Origin: Guillardia theta CCMP2712
Taxonomy: Eukaryota; Protista; Cryptophyta
Length of the DNA stretch: 56,556 nt
Assembly: GCF_000315625.1 (NCBI RefSeq)
Contig: NW_005434529.1
Span: 1-56,556 of the forward strand
Reading direction: 5' to 3'
Under the pieces are notes generated by a model. It was not told the DNA's origin. It was given only the letters and a program-made list of their open reading frames with translations, and did not search any database. The stretch's first letter is position 1, and each line of letters begins with the position of its first letter. Positions 46,900 to 56,556 of the stretch are shown one piece after another. A program made the position numbers and the translations under genes.

Positions 46900-49647
46900 A
46901 TGTCGGAGATCGCACAAGCAGCAGCGAGCGACGCCAAGGACAGCCATGAGATGCCGATGGACCTGGTGCGAACATCCGAAGCTTCTGATTATGCGCCATG
47001 CTGACGGCTCTTCCGCAGGGAGGAGGCAAGGAGGAAGCAGACTTCAAGAGCGATCTGAAGCAGGCATGGCCGCATGATAGAGATGAAGAGAAGAACGGAA
47101 CGAGAAGAACTTTCTGGGAGAAGCTTTCATTGCACTCTCCTTTTGGGAACAAGAAGATTGACCCAGCCGTGCGAGACTCGAGAGAGATCGTAGTGACCAC
47201 CAGCAAGCAAGGAGATGACCTCCACGAGGAAACCTCTCACGCAAACAGTGGCCGACTGGTTGCCTTCCTCCGTTACATACGCGCCATGTTCGCAGGCAAA
47301 CCAACCCTCCCTCCCTCCCTCCCTCTCCCTCCCTCTCCCTCCCTCTCCCTCCCTCCCTCCCTCTCTCTCCCTCCCTCTCTCTTTCCAACATCTTGTGCAG
47401 TACCGCCTCTCATCGACTGCTTCTGTCTCAGGTGACCAGGCCATCCTGTGGAATCATCCGCAGACGTCGGCGAGCAAGGATGATCGCCCGAGCATGAGGT
47501 CCCTCCAGGCGCGAGTGCATAGGATGCAGCTGATGGTGATGGTCATCGCGATGCTGGGGCTGCTGATGGGGATCTCCATCAACGAGTACTGCTGGTTGGG
47601 ATACATCCCCACCCCTGCCGAGGAGAAGGGCTCTTGCTCCGATGCTTCCTTCCTCAACCAAGGCAACTGCACCAGCGCCGGCTACCTGTGGAGCGCGGGT
47701 ATCCCCAACCCTGTGACGGGGCCAGGAGGGCAGCGATGTAGAGGGCAAGACAGCGGGGGGGCGGCGTTGAAGGCGTTCTGTACTATCTTCACCTGCCTGC
47801 TCGTCATGGCCATCTTCAGGATGTACGAGACGATCGCAACGGAGATTTGTTTCCGCAATCACTTGGAGTATCATCGAGAGTTCGCTGACATTCCGTTCTG
47901 GAACCTCGGGTTGTTCTACGAGTTCTTCCTCGAAGTGATTTTCTGTATTGTACACCCAGCGCCAGGCATCGGCTTCAACATCACCATTCAAGCGAGAGGG
48001 AGAGATAGCGTGTATAACATTGAATCTGTTCTTGTTGCTGTGATGTTCCTTCGAATGTACACGGTATGGAGATACTTCAGAACATGGATGTTCCTGCGCT
48101 ACTCAGCCAAAAACTTCGCAAGCCGAATGACGGAGGTTGTGATGGATTCCAAGCTTGCGGTCAAGGCCATTCTATCGGACGTGCCCTTCGAGACTCTTGC
48201 CGGCTGCTTTGTGGTCTTGCTCTTCACGTTGGCCTATCTCCTCCGCATCGCCGAGGCTCCTGTAAAGAACCTTTACTGACTTGCGTGGCTTCCCCCGTTT
48301 GATGCTCACGTCAGGTCAACCTGGAACAAGTGTACTACTGGAATCAACTCTGGCTGATCTTGGAGGCGATGATGTCTACAGGATACGGCGACTTGTATCC
48401 TATCACGCACTTCGGAAGAGGAGTGTGCGTGTTTGCGATGCTGGGAGGGATAACCTTCACCGCTATCCTCATCACAGCAGTTGCCAGGAAGCTTGAGCTG
48501 AACACATCTGAATATCGTCTCATGACCTTCCTGGAGAGGTTTGAGGATCCTGTGAATGAGAGGAAAGTTGGAGTGATGGGTTGTTGGTCAGTGAGCAACA
48601 CGAGAAGAGGGTCAAGCTTGCTGCTGCCATTAGCATTCAGTCCTGGTGGAGAAGAGCCATTCATCATCCACGAACATTACAGGTTTTCACATGCACGGTA
48701 TCTCAAACAGGAGCGTGACATTGATATTGTGTTGCTCAGGCTCTACGACAGTTCAAGAACAGAAAGAAAGCATACAGGAAATTCTTGGAGTCAACTCCTC
48801 ACTTCGGGGTTGAGTTGACTTTGCAGCTCAGCTTGTCCCTCACTGAGAAACTTTCTTGCAGGCGTTCGTTGAGAACATGAAGGAAGGAACAGAGCAAGTC
48901 AACAAGACGCTGCAAAAGATCGAAAAAGCTGTCAGCATCCCCAACCTCAATCTTGGCAGGGTCGGGGGCGCACCGAGTGAAGCCGCAAAGGGAAACGCTG
49001 GTGGAAACGTGGGAGCAAATCCCATGTCGAACAAAGCGTTCGAAGAGCTGCTGCATGAGATCGTGCAGGTCTGTGAGAGAGAGCCGAGTCGACGGAGATT
49101 GACCAGCTTGCTGCAGTTGAGACAAGCCAACAAGCAGATCCTGGAAAAAGGTGTGTAGAGATGTGCAAGAGAGGAGGAGTGACGTCAAGGCAGTGGAGAA
49201 GGGGGACATCCACATAGCAGGCGCCATGCCCTCTCATCAGTCTCAAGTAGCGAGTGAGTGGCACCTGTTAGGAGTATGGCGATGTCTCTCGCGCTAACTC
49301 CTCTCAGGTGCAGTCGTCAATTCCTTGCGCGCTCCTCCCTCTATCGCAAGCACTGCCAGGAGCCATCACAACGACCCTGTCGTGATCGCCAGCCAGGTCC
49401 TCCTCCCTCCCCTCCTCCCTCCCTTCTCCTTCTCCTCCTCCTTCCCCCCCTCCATCTTGTGTAACGTTGAGATGCTCTGTGCTAAGCGATTCATCAGGCT
49501 GTGGAGGAAAGGATGCGACGGCTGGAGAACCAGGTGACGATTGAGGCAGCGAGTGACAGTCCTCACTCGCCTTAGGTTACCAACTTTGACAAGGGGATGG
49601 CTCTTTGCCTCGGGCAGATCGTCAGGCTGCTGCAAGGGTTGTACTGA
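46900..49647 (+). CDS. SK/KCNN-like (small-conductance Ca2+-activated type) potassium channel
   Basis: Six-TM pattern with VIFCIVHPAPG and MFLRMY. Pore STGYGDLYP and S6 GITFTAILITAVARKLEL closely match SK channels. Upstream spliced 5'UTR exons are probable. Confidence 0.85.
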
Positions 49648-49756
49648 TCAGAGTTGTCGGCTTGCTTGTAAAGAGAGGAATGGAATATCATTGCACAGCC
49701 AGCACTCGAATTCACATTTACTACGCATCCATATTGCGAAACACGCCTGTCTCACT

Positions 49757-50564
49757 TCAGATGAGAGATTTCTCTTTCAACTTGGCCATGAGCTCTTGGA
49801 CGCTGCCAACAACTCCACCTGCTTGCCTTGTCGGCGGCTCTACAACTTTCACAGTTTGCAACTTGGATGAAACATCGACTCCGAGCTCCGCTGGATCAGT
49901 AGCATCGATCTTCTTCTTCTTCGCCTTCATGATGTTTGGCAAGGTGGCATATCTGGGCTCGTTGAGGCGGAGGTCTGTGGTGATCACGGCAGGCAGCTTC
50001 ATCCCGATAGTCTCCAACCCGCCGTCGATCTCACGCACCACCGTCAAGTTAGAGCCCTCCACGTCCACCTTGGAGGCAAAGGTCGCCTGCGGCCAACCCA
50101 TGAGGCTTGCAAGCATCTGCCCCGTCTGGTTGCAGTCATCATCGATTGCTTGCTTTCCCAAGAGGATCATGTCTGGCTTCTCCTTCTCTGCCACAGCCTT
50201 GAGCAGCTTCGCCACCGCCAAAGGCTGCAGGATGTCGTCGTGCTTCACATGCATGCCCCTATCCGCACCCATGGCAAGAGCCGTGCGAATGGTCTCCTGC
50301 GCCTGTGCAGGTCCGATGGAAACAGCGATGATCTCCTTGAGAATGCCCTGCAGCAAGCTCTGATGAGACCCTGCAACCTAACCTCGCGAACCAACACTAG
50401 TCGCTTACCTTCTCCTTCAGCCTGACCGCCTCTTCCACAGCGATCTCACAGAAGGGATTCATGGACATCTTCACTCCTGCCGTCTCGACTCCCGAGCCAT
50501 CGCCTTTCACCCTCACCTTCACTGCATAGTCGATCACTCGCTTGACCCCCACAAGCGCCCGCAT
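49757..50564 (-). CDS. ETFB: Electron transfer flavoprotein beta subunit
   Basis: [19 protein letters not shown]...[12 protein letters not shown], one 61-nt intron (50348-50408), then GKQAIDDD and [21 protein letters not shown]. Confidence 0.97.
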
Positions 50565-51990
50565 TGTCCTTCACTAGGGACCACCCTACCTAATCCTCAA
50601 TGATACCTCCACCGGTACTCAGCTGCTCTGTCAACCACCACCCCTGGGGGTCATTCCTCCACCCTACCCACCGATTTCAATGCCGTTGCGGGTGCCCAAA
50701 TGGATTTCTTTCCTTAAAAGGCTATATAGTCAAGAAATTGCATCCAACCCCACAATTACATTACCCACCCTCCAGATTCATCTGATTTACTACCCCTACC
50801 ACCTGGAAATCGTATTATCGAAGGGTAAAGACCTGGTCAAAAATTGAAGTGATGCGGTTTCTTCTCAATTGACCCCACCCCAAGTGACCCCACCCCTCAG
50901 TGACACAGAACTTGACTATTTCAATTGCAGACATGGGGTGCATAGTAACCCCACCTACCCTTTTACCACCCCTGTTTGCTAGACCCCGTTTGGGCCAGGC
51001 TGCAGGGACATTGACTACATGTATATAGTCAAAAATTCCTATCAAATATTTGACTATTGCAGCTTTATACGGCAGGGTTGCAGCAGTTACAATACGTTAC
51101 AAGCATCCTGACCTCCACAACACGTGCGCGATGCAACAGCCGAAGGAGGTAAGAGCAACATGCTGGTGAGCCCCTTATGAAAACACAAGATAAAGGCAAC
51201 GCAAGAAGTCTTCCCTCCCAGGTAAAGATCATACATGACACGGACCTGGGCTTCTCACACTCACATGTTACACAACTTAGAGAGATCCTTACTGTACTTT
51301 TCCCCGATTATCTGATATGTATTTGTGGTGTGAAATGCCCTGATGGTGATATCAAGTTCTACGAAATTTTATCTCTCTCACATAGCAACATACACATAAA
51401 CGCAAAAACGCACACGTATACACACAGTGAGCGTGTGGATGACGCGCTTCATTGCCCAATGATTTTTCTAATCGTCCGAACGCACCATGTGGATCCAATA
51501 GTGTGCATGTATTGGATGAGGGCACAGAGGAGCTAATCATATCACGATCAGATCAATTACAGCAGTTGACGCCTCCCTTCTTGTGCAGGGGGAATATGAT
51601 GGAAACGAGATCGATGCTGTGTCTTCAGATTTCTGGGAGTTGGTGAGTTAATCTCCCTTGTCTCTTGACTGTCCTGTCGCCAATGAGAAAAATGATTAAT
51701 TTTTCGTGGCTGAAACTTTGATGTGGAAAAATCGCTGCGTTCTTAATGATTTCTGTCTGTCTTCTACCAATCTTTGTTTTTGTTGCAGCAACATGTTGAT
51801 TGACATTGTGGTATTAGACTTTCGCGGGACACCAATGAAACATAGTTTTGATCAGTGCTGGTGCAATTAGCTGGTTCGATTCCAGCCTGATTATGATCCA
51901 TCTGCAATGCGGGTACAAGGGGCGATCATACATGTTTAATGCAATTTTATGTAGATTTTGAGATTCTAGAATACAGACGTCGTTCTAATC

Positions 51991-54177
51991 TTACGCTACC
52001 GCTACTGGTTCAAGAGCGTTGATCACTGGAACCGGAGGATCTTGTGTGAAGTCTAGGCGAACGAGATCTGGGCGCTTGACTTCTTCCTTCACATACTTCT
52101 CGAACTCCTCTGTAGCAAGATCAGAAAACACATTTCAGCATACTAGAGAAAGGTTACCCTCAGTCAGCAAGCACTCATCAAGAATGGTTTCAATTCCAGC
52201 CCTGTCGATTTCTGGTCCGATGAAGACAATCTCTTGTCGACGATCTCCCCACTTGTTCTCAGGCCCACCAAAATCACGTGCGATCTGAATACATAACTTT
52301 AGAGATGGGTTGCATGCAAACTCAAGCTCACGTCTCGCAAAGAAATCTCATCATCAGGCCACCATCGAAGATCTGTGGAGGCCCAGAATTTGCCGAAGTC
52401 CTTGAGTTCGAAAAATCGACCAGCTTGGGACCTAAATGTTTGATCACCACCTTCTGACGGAACAGCTGTGGAGCGTATTATCTCACCAGAAAAGTGGCTC
52501 ATCATGCTTGGTGGAAACCCACATAAATCCCTTGCTTCGAAGGACCCGGAACATGGGAGACTTCTTATTCTCCTGGAACACTCATCAGCGAAAGCGCTGC
52601 CAGTGGTTTATGCTTACGTGATCCTGCTCTTCGTTATCGATTGCGGGATTTCCAACAATAGGTAACTTCATGATGGCCGCCTTGACCCTCTCGGTATCGA
52701 AAGGGCGACGCCTTATACAAAGTTAGCTATCGACAACTTTTGCAATCAAGCAACACCTGGAGTAGACGAAAGAAGTGATTCCAAACTTGGACTGCGGAGA
52801 TTCGACAACTTTGCTGTGGGAATGGGTAGGATCATTGCAATTTGGATCTGAGCACTCCTCCTTGGCCACAACGCTGTGCTTGTGGGTAGGGTCCTTGCAG
52901 TCGGCGTCCTTGCACTCCTCCTTGGCCACAACGCTGTGCTTGTGGGTAGGGTCCTTGCAGTCGGCGTCCTTGCACTCCTCCTTGGCCACAACGCTGTGCT
53001 TGTGGGTAGGGTCCTTGCAGTCGGCGTCCTTGCACTCCTCCTTGGCCACAACGCTGTGCTTGTGGGTAGGGTCCTTGCAGTCGGGATCAGAGCAAGCTGC
53101 ACTCATTTCACTCTGAATCTGCGCGACAGTCCTCTTGAAATCCATTTCTTCATCTCCCTCAGCCGCCCATTGCTTCTTCTTCGATCCGAAAACGACTCCG
53201 ACATCAACGTCACCGTAGGAGCAAGGCAATACAGTAGCAGTGGGATTCAAAGCATTCACAACAGCCTTGAGCTCTTCGTTCTTCTCTGGCGTAACGGTGT
53301 CCTGCTTGTTAAGCAGAATGTAATCTGCAACCTCAACTTGCTCTGTCAAGAGCGAAGCAACCTTGCGCATGGCTTGCATTTCCAAGGCAGATTCCTCAAC
53401 AAGCTCTGACTTGAGCAGCAAAGGATCCGCAGAATTGTAAATTGGCAAAAAGTTTCCAGAGTCAACGACAGTGATCATGTTTTGCAACTTGCAGTACTGG
53501 GTGATAGGGTGCTCAACGAGTTCCAACTCAAAGAATTGTTTGCGAATGTTCTTCGGCTCAGTCACACCACTGCCCTCGATGACAAGGCGATCGAACTTCT
53601 CGCCTCTCTCAGCTGCAACCAGAAGAAGTTTGCCGAGAGATTCGATAAGGTCATCCGAAGCAGAGCAACATGCACATCCATTCTGCATCTCGATAACGTC
53701 TGTGTCAACTCCGCTTCCATCCTGTTGAACCTTTTGTCTGATTCCATCAGTCTTCACCAGCTTAGAGTCAATGTTGATCGCTGCAAGATCATTCACGACA
53801 ACTCCGACCTTCAATCCTCCCTTGCCGCTCAGCATCTTCTGCAGCAAAGTTGTCTTTCCGGCTCCCAGGAATCCAGACAGAACTGTTACTGGAGTTTGCA
53901 AACTAGAGTCCTTCTCAATTTGCTGTTTCACGTCCTCGGACACGGATGCAACCATTCCTAGGCTCATGGCAGAGCATGATCGCAGCTTGGAACGACACGC
54001 CGCACAACCACATCCCTCCTTCAAAGAGCACGAATGTAATGATGGCTGCCGCAGGGACAACCTGGCCAAGAGCGAGCCTCTCTTGGGCAGAGGCAAGCGA
54101 GAAGTAACCAGAAACGACTGAGTGACAAGAGGAGAGGCGAGGAGGAGGAGGAGGAGAAAGGAAAAATTGCTCTGCAT
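51991..54177 (-). CDS. Plastid-targeted COG0523 (CobW/ZNG1-family) metal-chaperone GTPase
   Basis: Signal peptide ending TQS-FLV. GTPase motifs GFLGAGKTT, NGCACC, EGSG and NKQD. The CobW_C domain is spread over five short introns (RRPF, LRSKGFMW, GDRRQEIVFIG). Confidence 0.92.
52852..53083 (-). repeat. 60-bp coding tandem repeat, ~4 copies (CKDADCKDPTHKHSVVAKEE)
   Basis: Near-identical 60-nt units in frame within the COG0523 linker. Confidence 0.95.
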
Positions 54178-54879
54178 CCCCGTGCGAACACGCGAGTGCA
54201 CCAGCATGGCGGGATCGAATGCCACAAACCCTGGATCATATAATTGAGGGGTGGGGGTCCTGAAAAGAGTGTTTACTACCCCTACTAATGACATGAAATG
54301 ATACGGTACTAGTGGTACTGTCAGGGTGGTGTAAACTGTAGGCAAGGCGAGAGGAGGCTGGGGCAGGGTAGGTTCGAGGCTGAAACTGGTAGGTTGGGGT
54401 CATACGTTCTGTTGGATTCGATATGCAATGGTGGGGTATGAAATAGTATTAAAGGGGGTACATTGAATGGGAACCGGTTAATACTGTAGGGTGGTTTCCA
54501 CAGGGTTATACCGTGAGCAGGGTAGGGTAGTCCCATATAAAGATCAGGCACGGGTGAAAAACCAGGTGAAGGAGATATGCAGTAAAGTGGGTGGGTGACT
54601 GAAGGCAAATGGAGGGGTCTAAGTTAATGAATTCTTCTCCAAAGGGTAGGGGTAGTAGAAGGTGAAAAGGAGGAAATTCATACCACCCTACCCCGTGTAA
54701 TATTTCAGTGTTTCCCCATCTGTACCCCGCGTTTTACCATATAACATACCCGTGTCATAACCACCCCACCCAGGAATAACAGGCTGTTTGTGCTGTAAAG
54801 CTAGATTTTTGGAGATTTAAATTGGGATTTCCTAGTTGTTGCTGAAATTACATAGATACATTTCATCTTATCTCGAACC

Positions 54880-55990
54880 GGTTTCAACCGTATGAACTTG
54901 GCTCAGCCGGACTCCGTCCCCGGGCGACGCCGGTCCTGACTCGGAGGCTCAGTCCAACCAGTCCAACTTGAAGGCTTCGGGAGTCCGGCCGGGCCCTCCA
55001 GCCTCGGAGGCTCAGCGACCGAGCCGCCCGGCCGCGTGAACGGCCCGGGGGGGGGGGGGCGTCCCCCGCCCCTGCAGCTTGGGCACTTAAAGTCCGGCTC
55101 GGCCTCGGCCGGGCCCCCCGAACCGAACTGTCGGAGGCTGCGGCCCGGAATTCAGCGGCTGCGGCCCGGCGGAACGGACAAATTACTGAGTTCCGAAGCC
55201 TGAACGGTGACGGTTCAACGGTTCAACGGTTTTATCATCCGATGATCCGACCCACCGCCGGGGCCGCACTGAAACGGTGGCATGCCATCATGATGGGCCC
55301 TGCGGCTCACTGTGATATGCCGGGTCCGGAACAGAGGCAGCGGCACAGTTCAAGCAAGCCTTTCAGTCACGGTCTCCCAGCTCGAACGTCGGCGGCGCCG
55401 AACCCGGTGTGACCCGCTTTCAATCAGCCCCCGGCGAGGCCCGGCCCCCCCATCATGGCATTGTACCGGTATCCGGGCCATGCCATAATGAGTACGGGCT
55501 CCGGCCCGGCCGGGAGGCTTCAACTTCAATCCGGACTCAACCGTACTATGGCAGTCACAACTCCAGCGGCTGGCACTGTCCGTCCGAGCCACCGTCCGCG
55601 GCAGTGAGTTATCATCCGAAGCAGGGTCGGGCTGCCAGTGTCACGCGGCCTTTGAGTCAGTGATTCAAGTACGTCACGAGTTCGGAACTTGTTACTCAGC
55701 CTACAGGCTAGACAACCGTATGGCAGCCTTATGTCTGAGTACTGTATACCGTGGCATAATCCAGTGATCATCAGTGGATGTATGATGTTTGCCAAGTATG
55801 ATGTTCTTTTTGACGGTATGATATATGTATGTCACAGTGTGTCAGTGTACTGTATGACTAGGTCGGCGAGTCACTGAGCCTGTGGGCGCGGCACCCAGTG
55901 TCACAGTCATGCACTGGGCACTGCGGCAGTTATCAGCTTCAAGTGGTGTGACATGCAAGTAGCTAGTGACTGAGTACAACTGATGTTCAA
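54880..55990. other. Intergenic GC-rich palindromic word block
   Basis: Shares exact words with the blocks at 17.8 kb and 30 kb. Confidence 0.6.
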
Positions 55991-56087
55991 GTTCAGATCT
56001 TCAATCATCGGAGGGAAAAAGCAACAACAAGAAAAAAGCAGTCATTCTCACAGCGGCACTAGAGGTGAGTTATTCTCATCCTTCTCT

Positions 56088-56449
56088 TCACTTTTGCGGC
56101 AGCCACTTGGGAACAGCGTTTGCTCGCTCCACCTGCTGCTGCTGCTGCTCTGCAGAAGGGCGCAGGTTGTTCATCCATGCCGGCGAGCCTCGCTCAGAAG
56201 GAGGAAGGGTGTAGGAGTTGGAGTCAAGGAACTGAGCGAAGGCAGCAAGCTCCTGCTTCAACACAGGCGCTCCTTGCTGCATGCAAGCCGTCAGTCTCCT
56301 CCATTCAACCCCAGCAGAGGGTCAGCTGACGTTCTCCGTCGTCCAGAAGAAGTTGAGGAGGGAGGTAGGAACCAGCGAAAGCTCGCTCAGCGTCTTGCCG
56401 ATGAAGTTGGGCTCTGTCACCTTCTTGACAGGCGGCCTGCGGGAGCCAG

Positions 56450-56498
<49 letters not shown>

Positions 56499-56556
56499 CA
56501 GGAGGAGGAGGAGGAGGAGGAGGAGGATCAGGATGAGGAGAAGAAGGAGAGGGAAG
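56088..56556 (-). CDS. 3' part of a multi-exon gene of unknown function (5' end outside the window)
   Basis: Exons PPVKKVTEPNFIGKTLSELSLVPTSLLNFFWTTEN|QGAPVLKQELAAFAQFLD..., preceded by a (CAT)n/(CCT)n intron. Confidence 0.6.

Noticed and set aside
54178-54345. Upstream extension of the 540-aa COG0523 ORF
   Set aside because: It lies largely in the GGGGT block. The bipartite presequence begins at the Met at 54177.

Overview
This is the left end of a eukaryotic nuclear chromosome: a plant-type (CCCTAAA)n telomere, a ~1.7-kb subtelomeric patchwork, then about 17 densely packed protein genes. The host is most likely a cryptophyte alga (Guillardia/Hanusia-like). That is inferred from the ~45-60-nt spliceosomal introns, signal-peptide+Phe bipartite plastid presequences and an RLRGG presequence. 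Recognisable genes are: TMEM43-like, a GT25+GT2 glycosyltransferase, an LCCL/LamG/Sushi surface protein, a SHAQKYF-class Myb, plastid LETM1-like, a DDX5/Dbp2-like helicase, TPR-CHAT, dynein light chain LC8, ankyrin-PDZ, an SK-type K+ channel, ETF-beta and a plastid COG0523/CobW GTPase. Four features are unexplained. (1) Two convergent intronless paralogs share an unannotated domain patterned like a very divergent HSF winged helix. (2) Intergenic DNA is built from two recurring sequence 'dialects', palindromic-word blocks and GGGGT/ACCCC blocks, laid out in a fixed order before gene starts. (3) A 526-bp segment is capped by inverted telomere repeats and flanked by a 6-bp direct repeat. (4) A novel Cys-rich module is duplicated. 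Exon structures were reconstructed by eye, and no database search was run.
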